Numbered from the stretch's first letter, positions 35,560-46,482 are shown. The stretch: DNA of 64,000 bases from Flectonema sp. DT1601 (GCA_964019425.1 OZ025805.1:1054001-1118000); one strand, 5' to 3'. The notes: generated from the sequence alone by a model not told the origin. Numbers and translations are program-made.

Positions 35560-36350
35560 TTCTGTCCCTCTGCTTCCAGCTTCCGGCTTTCGATAAAAGC
35601 GTTGATGAAGTTGTGATAAGGACCACCACATCCTAATGAGCAGGCTCTCAACACTCATCCCAGTCCCGTATGTTAAGTGGATGGTAGCTACCCTTTCTGG
35701 CCGTGTGGCATACTTACTCCATGGTCCAGATCCGATTTCTTGCAAGAAGGGTGTCTCACAGGATTACTCTTGTTTCGAGTATATGTCGACTAGTCTAAGA
35801 TGTCTCTCTCTTTAAATAAGTTGACTTTTGGTGGCCATTCCTCCGATGAGAGGATGATATTGACTTACCTCGTGGATCAATTGACTTCATCAGGATCGTG
35901 TAGACGACGGTACAAGACCAGAAGACTCCTGTTGCAATGCAACCCGCTACAGAGAATCCATTCACATTGACGGCAGTAATATCTTCAAGAGGGAAATTGG
36001 TTTGGTCGATAGTTTCGTCTTTTGAAGTCGGAACGGAAGATCTGGCAAACAGAACTATTTAAAACTTATTGAGAATACACTTCGCTCACTCCAACTAAGA
36101 CTAACAGGATGCTTCAAATCAACTTCCTCAATGGCGCTATTGGTTGGATCTAGTATTCTTCCGTTTAAATTACACATGTCACTTTATCTTATGAGCGTTT
36201 CTAGCGTCTCCTACATGATTACCCTACATGGTTCCTAATACACTTGGTAATCTAACTCTTGGGTACAGCGTATCACAGAACTCCAAGCCAAGTTGTATGG
36301 CTCATCAGATGCCACGAAGGGTGTCAGTTCATCTAGACAGCAAGACGTAT
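35560..36350 (+). mobile_element. Decayed non-LTR (LINE) retrotransposon reverse transcriptase fragment
   Basis: RT motifs in order across frameshifts and stops: AFD (35586), YVKWMVATLSGRVAY (35669), KKGVSQ (~35744-35761; cf. GVPQG), LFRVYVD (35770; cf. LFxxYxxD), EDDI (35850; cf. ADD), LLRIHF (~36066; cf. LGVxF). Higher GC than flanks. Boundaries approximate. Confidence 0.65.
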
Positions 36351-37209
36351 TGAGGTTTGAAAATATTTTTCTTATTTCAACTTACGCTAACTAAAAGATA
36401 AGCTCATGTACTACTGCTAACTATTCCGAAAATTTCGATATTTTTGCTTGGTAGGCTGCTGGGTAGTTTTTTTTATCAAAAGAAGGAGACCTCTGATGAG
36501 GAAGAGACACTCGGCTGATGGAGGGATACCAAAGTCAGCACCAAACCTGCAAAGGCAACGTGCGGGAGGCCTAAGGGTAAATGTTTGAATGAGGGGGAGG
36601 AACAATTATCAATACCTGACTAGAAATGTTCCTCTTCCTCAGATAACAAAGTTATGGTAAACCCAAAAGGAATTACCAAGAGAAAGAGTTACCCCTGTTG
36701 GGGACTTCGTACTTTTTAATTCTATTTATTATTTTATCAAATTGCATAACCGTCTAACTGGTGAAAGCCTTCTCCTCTTTCGGTGGCTGAAAAAGTTCAA
36801 AAAAAAACTCATAATTCGATAACATCGTATCGCTGAGTTCATATTATGCACATATTATGCACTATATACTGCAACATTAGAAACTTTGTTGTTGCTTTAA
36901 ATTTAAATTAAATGTCGATTATTATTTTTTTTACAACGTCACAAAAGTCTTTTTTTTTTTTTTTTTTTTTTTTTGCTCATTCAATTAGTTTTTTCACAAT
37001 GTATGATTTATTGTAATTAAAAAAAAAAAAAAAAAAAACAAACAACCAGATATAGAACACTGAGTATGATATCGTTTATTTTTTGGATAATCCTTTTTTT
37101 TGAGTACAGTTTTGTGATTGTTCATTAGGTCTTTTTTGATTTTTTTATTGTGTTTTTGCTATTCTACGTTGTTTTTTCTTTCTATCACAGAATAATAAAG
37201 AGAACGTTG

Positions 37210-38181
37210 ATGAGACCTGGTCTTCAACACGGATACATTAGAATGACTGCTTCAGGGAATACTCGAATTCATAGCAAACCTCACAACAGAGTAACTGACG
37301 ACAGGGTGTTATCATTCACGAATAAAGTAGATAGAAACACCGGACACATGCAAACACTTGTCTTGCGTAATGTAAAACACTGCAAGGGAATGTATGATTG
37401 CATATTAGAATGCAATGATGGTGCTGAACAAGTTGATGTTTGCATTAGGTGGTTTAAAAGCCAAGGAATGATTTTTTCAGACATCCTTGACAGATCGATC
37501 CTCTCTCTCGCTTTATCAAAAATGATTATGAATTATCCAGAACCTAATTATAATATGAATCCTGAAATTAGACGAATGTTGATTGCCTCATTCATTAACC
37601 AAGGAGGAGCTCTTGGTGACGACTTAGCTGAAGTAGTGTACGCTGCGTCACTACTTGGTCTTAAAGAAATAGTTTCACAGTCAACTGTATTCTTATCAAG
37701 TCTTGGTGCTGCTGAGGTGTGCTCACCACAAGAATTAGTAAAGTTTGTTATGGCTGACAGCATTGTTAAGGTCACAAGTAATTGCTTACTTGTTAGCAGG
37801 GAAGTTGAACTGAGAATTGAAGATTTTACTTTTCAAGAATTAGACGTCGTGTTTAAATGTTTCTCACGACTTTCATTCTTCCATCCCGCAGCAACCGCCG
37901 CTGTCGTATCTCAGTCAGCGTCTGCGTTGAGTGATCCTTCAGCACATTCTCATATAGTATCTATATGTGTGTCTCTGTGTAGTATTTCTATAACTGTTCC
38001 TGGTGTTGCTTCTTTAGCATGTCAATTAATTTCATCACTTTACTCAATTCGATCTGATCTGTCTGAAGAGGATCAGAAATCTCTTGAGACGGCTGTTTCA
38101 TCTCTTAAGAAAGTAAAGTCGTTGACTGACTCGGAAAAAGATGTTGTTGAGAACTTTTTGAAAACTGCGACGACTTCCTGA
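37210..38181 (+). CDS. Hypothetical alpha-helical repeat protein (323 aa), possibly FAST/RAP-like and mitochondrial
   Basis: Long ORF starting at ATG 37210 after pyrimidine-rich ...TCACAG at 37190. 'IEDFTFQELDVVFKCFSRLSF' resembles FAST-type helical repeats (weak). Confidence 0.6.
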   Translation: MRPGLQHGYIRMTASGNTRIHSKPHNRVTDDRVLSFTNKVDRNTGHMQTLVLRNVKHCKGMYDCILECNDGAEQVDVCIRWFKSQGMIFSDILDRSILSLALSKMIMNYPEPNYNMNPEIRRMLIASFINQGGALGDDLAEVVYAASLLGLKEIVSQSTVFLSSLGAAEVCSPQELVKFVMADSIVKVTSNCLLVSREVELRIEDFTFQELDVVFKCFSRLSFFHPAATAAVVSQSASALSDPSAHSHIVSICVSLCSISITVPGVASLACQLISSLYSIRSDLSEEDQKSLETAVSSLKKVKSLTDSEKDVVENFLKTATTS

Positions 38182-38373
38182 GAGCGGGAGATCTGCTCGG
38201 ATAGTATTGTCTGAAATCATTTCAGTACTGGCGGTACCGTTTTTCTCAACAGATTCACAAAAAAATAAAATGCTGACTTGAGGCTAAAGGACTGTAGTAC
38301 TTCACAGTTGGTACTTCACTCTGTCACAGTAAGTAGTTTGTTATCTTATACAGGCAACCACCAACAAAACAAT

Positions 38374-38832
38374 ATGACGAAAGTTCTAAAGTGTGACCCA
38401 CCAGAGAATGATGGGCTAAACTGGAGAGATAGGTCTCAAATAGCAGCGGAGAAGGGAGATGAAGAATTAATCTTTTCTTCTAGAGCAGATGCTGTTGTAG
38501 AAGACAAGGTTGTTGAAGACCTAGGGTTTGTTCTGACCGAGCAGGCTGCTTACATACTGAATGAAGAAGTCGATCAAATACTTAGACGAGTAGAAATAAC
38601 AACGATCACGGATATCTTTTTATTTGACACTGGATTCGTTCGGTTAGAATCAACAGATGGAGATATCTATTTCAGAACAACTCTTCTTCCAAGAGAGATC
38701 TTCGTGGAGGCATTCACTCAGTTGCTACCTCACATGAAAGCAACTATTGTTGATGATGAAGACAAAGCCTTCGTAAGTGAACTCCCAGAAGCGTATCTCT
38801 CATTTCTCTTAGAACCACCAGCAAGTCCTTAA
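38374..38832 (+). CDS. Small PH-like protein resembling the myosin-I TH1 domain (152 aa)
   Basis: 'EELIFSSRAD...GFVLTEQAAYIL....ILRRVEITTITDI...GDIYFRT' follows the TH1/PH strand pattern. AG at 38352-38353 upstream. Confidence 0.55.
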   Translation: MTKVLKCDPPENDGLNWRDRSQIAAEKGDEELIFSSRADAVVEDKVVEDLGFVLTEQAAYILNEEVDQILRRVEITTITDIFLFDTGFVRLESTDGDIYFRTTLLPREIFVEAFTQLLPHMKATIVDDEDKAFVSELPEAYLSFLLEPPASP

Positions 38833-39637
38833 ACTTGCTACAGTGTTTGTTATTAAGGGAACACTGTCTAGAAGCTAATTAGCTTACAGATGACCTCATC
38901 CTTTTTTGGGATAGTTGTTGAGTTGCTCTTTCGTTACTGTGCATGGTAAACGGTTTTATTTATTTGGTTTTTTTAAACATTTTTTTTTTAAATTATTTTC
39001 TTAGTTTTTTTTTTCAGCAACAAAAAAAAAAAAAAAAAAAAAGAGAAATGAAAACAAAAAAGCAATAAATTACAACTAGTAACGATATTTCTTTCCTTTT
39101 TTGTTTTTTTTTTTTGGTCTATTTTTTAAGAAACCAGAAACAAAAAAAAATAAGGACGTTCGCGTAGTTTTTGGTTCTATTTCTGCACACTTCCCACCAA
39201 GTGTAAGCTTTTCTCGATCTTTCTTCTGCACGTTTGGTTTTAAGAGAAAACTAATTTCTTTTACAAATCAATTTTTTTGTGCACAAGCAACCTTTGTCTC
39301 TCAAACTCATACCTCCAAAAAAGAGAGATGTTTTGGGCAGTAGCTACACGGGAGCACCAGTCATCGTGACTTATTGTTAAGAAAAACTAAACCCCACAAA
39401 AGAAAAGAAAAAAAAAAGAAAAAATAATTGTTTTAACCCCCCTCAAAAGAAAAGAAAAGAAAACAAAAGAACAACACACACACAATCCCAACATGTTAAA
39501 TTAAAAGAGGTTTTTTTTAGTAGTTGTGAGTATTTAGTTTTTCATAGTGGTTAAGGCTACTGAATGAAAGATGATTAAATAAGAGAGTAAAATAATTAAA
39601 TAATTCATATTGACATCACAGACCATTCTAATAAAAT

Positions 39638-40402
39638 ATGATACGCAGATTACAACAACAGCGTTGGCTGACTGTAAAATCTGGAGCTCATCATTCTCAA
39701 ATACTCGAAATATCAGAAATATCAGAAATACCTTCGCTACTTAAATATATAAATAAACATCCAGACAGAGACTACAAGTCTCAATGGATACAATTACCAA
39801 TGAAATGTGGACAAGCATTAGCAGCATTAGAAGATAAAGGTTTTAATTTTCATCACGCTGAAGGTGGTCATTGCACACTATATCGATGGTTAGGTGGAGA
39901 CAAGGATCTAGTACCAGACTACGCAACTCACAGAGTAGGTGTTGCAGGGATGTGTTTAAATGATAAAGGGGAAGCTCTTCTTGTTAAAGAACGAAGAGGA
40001 GGTTTATGGAAACTCCCAGGTGGTCATGCAGACCTTGGTGAAGACATACCAGACACAGCAACACGAGAAGTGTTCGAAGAAACTGGTGTGAAATCTGAAT
40101 TTGAACACCTTCTTGGAGTCCGTCACTGCCACGAGCTTTCCCACGGTCGTTCTGATCTTTATTTTATATGTAAACTAAAACCTATCACTTCAATCATATC
40201 AAAGTGTGATGTCGAGATTGCTGATGCTGGTTGGTTTCCATTAACAAAACTTACTGAAGGGAAATCGATATTAAATAAGTTTATCGCCGAGTCGTACATG
40301 GCTGGCAACATGTGTCCTATTGCAATGGAAAGTCAACACCACGCCTACACTGGTCAGCCAACCAGATTCTACTTCGCTCCGACTAAAACTAATTCGTGTT
40401 AA
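39638..40402 (+). CDS. NUDT6: Nudix hydrolase, NUDT6-like (254 aa)
   Basis: Nudix box GGHADLGEDIPDTATREVFEETGV. NUDT6-type N-domain 'GFNFHHAE..LYRWL..VPDYATHRVGVAG' and 'GRSDLYFIC'. Arg-rich N-terminus. Confidence 0.9.
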   Translation: MIRRLQQQRWLTVKSGAHHSQILEISEISEIPSLLKYINKHPDRDYKSQWIQLPMKCGQALAALEDKGFNFHHAEGGHCTLYRWLGGDKDLVPDYATHRVGVAGMCLNDKGEALLVKERRGGLWKLPGGHADLGEDIPDTATREVFEETGVKSEFEHLLGVRHCHELSHGRSDLYFICKLKPITSIISKCDVEIADAGWFPLTKLTEGKSILNKFIAESYMAGNMCPIAMESQHHAYTGQPTRFYFAPTKTNSC

Positions 40403-41012
40403 CTAGATTCTGTTCTCGTTTTCTTCGATTAAGCGAGAGCTCTTTTCATTTGTTCGATATCTGTTTATGTGGCTGAACAGCTATTGACGTTTGTCTGATT
40501 TAGAGGAAAAAAAAGAAAACTAAAACAGTTTTCTTCTTCTGTTTTTTATTTTAATGTTATGATTAAAAAAAAAAAGCAAAAATAAATCTCTCGACATAGG
40601 TTTCGGTAACTTTAGTTGAACTCTGTTGTAGTTTTATCAGATTTCAAGTTGCTTTATTAATGTTTGATTATTAAAATCTGAGATAATCATCTCCTCAAAT
40701 AAGAACTCAGAACAGTGAGTGGGATAAGTTAGTAGCAATATTATTATTTTATGTTGACAATGTAGCTAGTAGGTGAAAGCTCACCGTACTTTTTGGTCTC
40801 GGTTTCCCACGGGATCACAGCTATTCCGTACTGCGCTGAATAACAACACGGAAACAAGAGATGTGTGCAGCCTACGTTAGAACTGGTCAACTGTCTCATA
40901 AATTACTAATGGTTTTATAATAGTTCACTTCTGACACAATACAATATATTTATATCATTTATGAATATGCTCAAAACAGTTAAAACCCCCCCTCCCTAGG
41001 CGAGGTATATGG

Positions 41013-41165
41013 ATTACTCTCGAAACCTAATAGTTACTTTAAAAGTCCAAATTAAGCATCACACCTAGTCACTGTATTTAAAACTAATGTTAAATTATCT
41101 TTATGTTTTTATGATACAACACAGTTGTAATTTTTACAAAATCGAACATACAACCCCCCCCTCCC
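41013..41165. repeat. Dispersed AT-rich repeat unit ending in a C-run; related to the array at 61055-61654
   Basis: 41066-41152 is identical over 87 bp to 61055-61141. 41013-41045 matches 61202-61236. Confidence 0.85.
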
Positions 41166-41340
41166 TACCCCCCTTCGGCTGAAACTTAATTTAGTTTTAG
41201 CCAGTTTCAAGTTATCTCTTGTTCTTTATTTAGAATACATTTATTGAAGGTCGATCATCTATTTCTGTTTTTTGAGGGAAAAGTGGAAAAACACATCATC
41301 ATTATCATAAATTGTTATCAGACGAGTTATCATTAAAAAG

Positions 41341-43314
41341 ATGTCCGCACCAGGGAGAGTAAAGGATGCCCTTAGTAAATTATTTATGAAAATCCATCCT
41401 GACGTTTTGTGGGGACATCCAGAAAGAAGAAAAATAAACGAAGACTCAATGCAGGGATTAAACGAAATTTTAGCTTGGGAAAAAAATCTTCGAAAAGGAA
41501 GCATAGAAGGTCCTCCTCCATCAACGAGAACTGTGAAATTTTATACAAAAGATGACGACACGATGATAGAATGTGACTTCACTCCACCAAAGGACATTGA
41601 CAATACGAATGCCGGTAGCGGTGCTGTAAATAAATTTTTAAACCAGCTTCTCACCAAGGCTGAAGTACTAACACCCGATGAACAACACGACCTCGATAAG
41701 GTCAATAGTAAACTTGAAGAATGGAGAAACATCTCTCAAACAGTTAGTAAACATGAAACCACTCGATCAATTGAAGATAAAGAATGGGCAGAACAACGAC
41801 GAGAACAACAATTACAACACAAACTAAAACCGATGGGTGATTTTGGAGCAGCGTTTGACGCTCAAGGGATGGAAGTCCCACATGGGGCACATGAAGAAGC
41901 AGAACTTCCAACGTCACTCGATGGTGATAAGATGGAAGTTCCTTTACAGCCAATTAAAAGAATTCAAAAAATAAAAACAAATCAAGCAGTCTTAACATCA
42001 CTGGCAGATGAATTTAATAATCTCATGCAGGACTACTGGAAACCTGAACACGTACCAGACGTCGCTGAGCTAATCTCTTCTGATCTCATTCATTACGATA
42101 AAGAAATCAGTCCTGTTGATTGCGCTAAAGCAATAGAAACATTAGGATCGAATTTATCAATGTTGCGTTATGATAAGTGGTATTTTGTTCCGTTATTCAT
42201 TTCAACAAGGTACGGTATAGAAATAGACTTACCAGGATTCTTTTCAATACCTTATTGGTTTCAACCTGACGACTTTGTGAAGTACGTTCTTGCAAATGAA
42301 CATCAACTAAAAAACATGCAAGAAAGAGCTCATCAATCAGCTCGTGATTTAGAACATGTAATCCTGTCTGCTAAAGAAGGAGCTGATCTTGTTGACATTG
42401 TTCTCCGTTGTAGTCACGAAGACGGAAGGAAAGCGTGTGAAGCTCTCTCAAGAAACTCATCAGTTTTAAAGTCACACGGAGTGACTCAATTTTGTATTGA
42501 AATAACCGAACCAGGACTTGCTTATGGAACAAGAGATTCAGGTCTGATCCAACTACCTGCTGACTTTACAGATGCTGGGCTGTTAGAGTTCTGTGAATAT
42601 TTAAATCAAGAAAACCGTCTTGAAACAGTTCGCGGTCTGTACGATTCAAACATTGAAATCCTTGGAGAGTGTGATCGATTGTCATCCGTTTGCTATGAAG
42701 TAATCGCTCCTTATCTTATTGATTTGGAGTCTGGTAATTCAACAGCTGAAGCAAAATTACAATTCGTCAAAGAGTTGTATTCAATATCAGGAGAGCTATC
42801 AAGGTATGACTGGTCAGCTTATACTTTCGTATTGGGTGAACTTGACTTGGATTGGGCTGGGGGTGTTCTTAGCCTGCCACCAAACTTTCATGGAGCCAAC
42901 TTCGCCAAAACTGTTCACATGCTTCACGAAGAGGACGGTGATCTTAAAGAAGATGATGTTATACCAGAAACTGAATCAGATCTCGCTTTAGAACTTGAAA
43001 CTCGTCGTATCAAAACAGATCTCATTAAGTCAGGTCTTATAGAACTCGATCCATCAAAACAAACCGACTCCCAGAGACAGCTCCTTCAATCTTTTGATTC
43101 CTTCGAATCTGGAGAAGAGCTTCAGAGTTTTATTCGTCAAAACTTCCCCAAATATCACATGAAACAAGAAGCTGAGAACGCCGTTCAAGCGGAGCTACTT
43201 GCACAGGTACGAGTCGGACACGAAGGCTATCGACAGAAGAAACTCAGATACTATTTCAAACATAAGATGCACGCTAGAGTTGGTGGACGTGCTAATCAGT
43301 GGCAGCTGTGGTAA
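41341..43314 (+). CDS. TCAIM-like protein (DUF4460 J-like domain with HPD, plus DUF4461-like region), 657 aa
   Basis: N-terminal 'DALSKLFMKIHPDVLWGHPERRKINEDSMQGLN' matches the DUF4460 pattern. Repeated 'G...IP..F' / 'G.IQLP.DF' / 'GVLSLP.NF' units. Confidence 0.75.
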   Translation: MSAPGRVKDALSKLFMKIHPDVLWGHPERRKINEDSMQGLNEILAWEKNLRKGSIEGPPPSTRTVKFYTKDDDTMIECDFTPPKDIDNTNAGSGAVNKFLNQLLTKAEVLTPDEQHDLDKVNSKLEEWRNISQTVSKHETTRSIEDKEWAEQRREQQLQHKLKPMGDFGAAFDAQGMEVPHGAHEEAELPTSLDGDKMEVPLQPIKRIQKIKTNQAVLTSLADEFNNLMQDYWKPEHVPDVAELISSDLIHYDKEISPVDCAKAIETLGSNLSMLRYDKWYFVPLFISTRYGIEIDLPGFFSIPYWFQPDDFVKYVLANEHQLKNMQERAHQSARDLEHVILSAKEGADLVDIVLRCSHEDGRKACEALSRNSSVLKSHGVTQFCIEITEPGLAYGTRDSGLIQLPADFTDAGLLEFCEYLNQENRLETVRGLYDSNIEILGECDRLSSVCYEVIAPYLIDLESGNSTAEAKLQFVKELYSISGELSRYDWSAYTFVLGELDLDWAGGVLSLPPNFHGANFAKTVHMLHEEDGDLKEDDVIPETESDLALELETRRIKTDLIKSGLIELDPSKQTDSQRQLLQSFDSFESGEELQSFIRQNFPKYHMKQEAENAVQAELLAQVRVGHEGYRQKKLRYYFKHKMHARVGGRANQWQLW

Positions 43315-43758
43315 GTAATCATGAAAACAAAGCAATCCACCATACCAATGTGTTACGTATTCTTTGAAGGAATAATGTAGACGACTAACATAACACACTT
43401 CCTGGTAGCTGAAATATTTCTTTTCGGCACAAAATTAGAAGTACTGCTGCGCAAACCCTGTTGGGTTAACATGATTTTATATTTTATTTTTCTGAGGAGA
43501 GAGAGCCTTGTTCTGAATGACGAGACTTCTTCTCCGTAACTTAGTTTGTTTTAAAAGTCATCAAAGGCTCTAAGAGCGACGCCGATTCGCGCGAAAATAC
43601 AAATTTATTTTTCCACTAGTCTGTAAAAGATGTATTAAACAGAATAAATTATGTACAGGTACAGCAATATGGGTCTGACATAACTACTGTTTCTCATTAG
43701 TTGGAATTGTTCATTCTTTTTACTTATCAAACTGGTTAGGATACACACACCAACAATA

Positions 43759-44796
43759 ATGTGGGTTGCTGTACTTGTTACACTACTTCTTCAACCTGTT
43801 AGTGGATACTTGTATCCTCAGTATTCAAACCCGTGGAGGCAGTTTGCTGTGAGAAATGATTCGACTTTAAGAGATCCCACGACAGTTGTTTTTGATAACA
43901 AGACATCAACGTGGCATATTTACTGCACTCGAGTCTTACTAAAGCATGGGTCTGCAGGGTATTGGGGATCAATTTGGCATTTTTCGACAAACGCTACTAA
44001 ATTTGACGATCCAACAGCAGTCTGGACGGATGAGGGGGAAGTCATCCCTCCTTCTGGAAATGGAAACTTTGACAACTCTGGAACTTTCACACCTGGAATC
44101 GTTGTTGAATGTACCTCAAGTAATGACTGTACTTGGTATCTGTTCTATGGGGGTGTTGCAAATGAGCAACCTGCTCATGCGGAAAATGTTGGTTTAGCTA
44201 TTTCAAACAATCCTTGGGGACCATTCAAAAGACGACAAGAACCAGTTTTTAACAGAACTGACAGCAGTTCAGTTGGATGGTGTGGCACTACTGCTGCTCG
44301 CGTTGACGAGATCAAGTCTTCAGTAATTTCTGGTCAGAAATATATTTTCGTAAAGTCTGTTTGCTCGAATTTCAGTGCCTTACCCGTGGCATACATTCCT
44401 GAAAATGGATGGGGGCCACCGTACAAACAAATACCACCAATTTTTAGTGCGGCAGATACTTGTAAGTCACTTGGATTCGAAGAACCAACAATCTTCATTG
44501 CTGACGATAATTTGCTTCATTTTACGGGTCATTACCATGGCAACTGTGGCTCTGCTGTTAAGTTCGTACACTTTATAAACCCGACAAGAACGCTTCATGG
44601 TTGGGTTAAGGTAGCTGACTTTGGAAGCAGCAACAACAGTTCGTTTTTTGAACCCGTGCCAGTTCCTCTTTCATTTGATGGTGTCTATGGAGGTGAGATA
44701 TCGCGCACGTGGGTTGATTTTGGTGCGGGACGTGGTGGTAGTCCTACCTTTCACCTCATGATGAGTCAGCCTGTTTGGGTTAATGTTACAAACTAG
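43759..44796 (+). CDS. Secreted five-bladed beta-propeller glycoside hydrolase, GH117-like/GH43-related (copy 1, 345 aa)
   Basis: Signal peptide. Motifs 'LRDPTTV..WHIYCT', 'WTDEGEVIP..G.FDNSGTFTPGI', 'WYLFY..VGLAISNNPWGPF', 'RVDE' and 'FEEP'. Confidence 0.75.
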   Translation: MWVAVLVTLLLQPVSGYLYPQYSNPWRQFAVRNDSTLRDPTTVVFDNKTSTWHIYCTRVLLKHGSAGYWGSIWHFSTNATKFDDPTAVWTDEGEVIPPSGNGNFDNSGTFTPGIVVECTSSNDCTWYLFYGGVANEQPAHAENVGLAISNNPWGPFKRRQEPVFNRTDSSSVGWCGTTAARVDEIKSSVISGQKYIFVKSVCSNFSALPVAYIPENGWGPPYKQIPPIFSAADTCKSLGFEEPTIFIADDNLLHFTGHYHGNCGSAVKFVHFINPTRTLHGWVKVADFGSSNNSSFFEPVPVPLSFDGVYGGEISRTWVDFGAGRGGSPTFHLMMSQPVWVNVTN

Positions 44797-45076
44797 TAAC
44801 TTCTTTATCTCAGGCTGCTTAAAGCTGTCTGGTGATACTGAGCCTTGTTCTGAATGACGGGACCTCTTCTCCGTAACTTAGTTTATTTTAAAAGTCATCA
44901 AAGGCTCTAAGAGCGACGCCGATTCGCGCGAAAATACAATTTCTCCACTTCTAGTCTGTAAAAGATGTATTAAATATAATAAGTTAACGGGTCTGACATA
45001 ACCACTGTTTCTCATTAGTTGGAATTGTTCATTCTTTTTACTTATCAAACTGGCTAGGATACACACACTAACAATA

Positions 45077-46111
45077 ATGTGGGTTGCTGTACTTGTTACA
45101 CTACTTCTTCAACCTGCTAGTGGATACTTGTATCCTCAGTATTCAAACCCGTGGAGGCAGTTTGCTGTGAGAAATGATTCGACTTTAAGAGATCCCACGA
45201 CAGTTGTTTTTGATAACAAGACATCAACGTGGCATATTTACTGCACTCGAGTCTTACTAAAGTATGGGCCTCCAGGGTATTGGGGATCAATTTGGCATTT
45301 TTCGACAAACGCTACTAAATTTGACGATCCAGCAGCAGTCTGGACGGATGAGGGGGAAGTCATCCCTCCTTCTGGAAATGGAAACTTTGACAACTCTGGA
45401 ACTTTCACACCTGGAATCGTTGTTGAATGTACCTCAAGTAATGACTGTACTTGGTATCTGTTCTATGGGGGTGTTGCAAATGAGCAACCTGCTCGTGCGG
45501 AAAATGTTGGTTTAGCTATTTCAAACAATCCTTGGGGACCATTCAAAAGACGACAAGAACCAGTTTTTAACAGAACTGACAGCAGTTCAGGATGGTGTGG
45601 CACTACTGCTGCTCGCGTTGACGAGATCAAGTCTTCGGTAATTTCTGGTCAGAAATATATTTTCGTAAAATCTGTTTGCTCGAATGATAGTGCCTTACCC
45701 GTGGCATACATTCCTGAAAATGGATGGGGGCCACCGTACAAACAAATACCACCAATCTTTAGTGCGGCAGATACTTGTAAGTCACTTGGATTTGAAGAAC
45801 CAACAATCTTCATTGCTGACGATAATTTGCTTCATTTTACGGGTCATTACCATGGCAACTGTGGCTCTGCTGCTAAGTACGCACACTTTATAAACCCGAC
45901 AAGAACGCTTCATGGTTGGGTTAAGGTAGCTGACTTTGGAAGCAGCAACAACAGTTCGTTTTTTGAACCCGTGCCAGTTCCTCTTTCATTTGATGGTGTC
46001 TATGGAGGTGAGATATCGCGCACGTGGGTTGATTTTGGTGCGGGACGTGGTGGTAGTCCTACCTGGCACCTCATGATGAGTCAGCCTGTTTGGGTTAATG
46101 TTACAAACTAG
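45077..46111 (+). CDS. Secreted GH117-like/GH43-related glycoside hydrolase (copy 2, 344 aa)
   Basis: Paralog of 43759-44796 with 11 amino-acid substitutions and one codon deletion. Confidence 0.75.
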   Translation: MWVAVLVTLLLQPASGYLYPQYSNPWRQFAVRNDSTLRDPTTVVFDNKTSTWHIYCTRVLLKYGPPGYWGSIWHFSTNATKFDDPAAVWTDEGEVIPPSGNGNFDNSGTFTPGIVVECTSSNDCTWYLFYGGVANEQPARAENVGLAISNNPWGPFKRRQEPVFNRTDSSSGWCGTTAARVDEIKSSVISGQKYIFVKSVCSNDSALPVAYIPENGWGPPYKQIPPIFSAADTCKSLGFEEPTIFIADDNLLHFTGHYHGNCGSAAKYAHFINPTRTLHGWVKVADFGSSNNSSFFEPVPVPLSFDGVYGGEISRTWVDFGAGRGGSPTWHLMMSQPVWVNVTN

Positions 46112-46482
46112 TAACTTCTTTATCTCAGGCTGCTTAAAGCTGTCTGGTGATACTGAGCCTTTCAACTCTCCCTATGCGTGTCTTTAAATATTAGATATTT
46201 ATGAAAACTTCCAACGCAAATCAGAAACCACAGCAATCTTGTTATTTACGAGTGGTTACAGATTCGAGACTTGTCTCTTGACCATGTCTCAACTCACTGA
46301 GACTATTCTTGTGACTTCTTCGAACTGTAATTGCTCTTCTGAACCTGTTTTGCTTTATTAACGTAAACTTATACTTCCTTTAGTATTGTATTTGAGTAGT
46401 GGTAGATGTTTGTACCCTTATTGATAATTTTCTTTTTTTTGTATTGTTCTGAAGATTATTATCTCACAGTGTGTCGCATACT

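Larger units (their letters stand above)
43503..46161. repeat. Tandem segmental duplication (units 43503-44839 and 44840-46154), each carrying one glycosidase gene
   Basis: Near-identical upstream, CDS and downstream sequence. GAGCCTT occurs at all three junctions (43503, 44840, 46155). Confidence 0.93.

Noticed and set aside
36480..36650. GC-richer patch with CTGATGAG, a GRPKG-encoding stretch and an 8-bp inverted repeat
   Set aside because: No GAAA after a stem II, so not a hammerhead. Reading frames are broken and too short to assign; possibly another element remnant.
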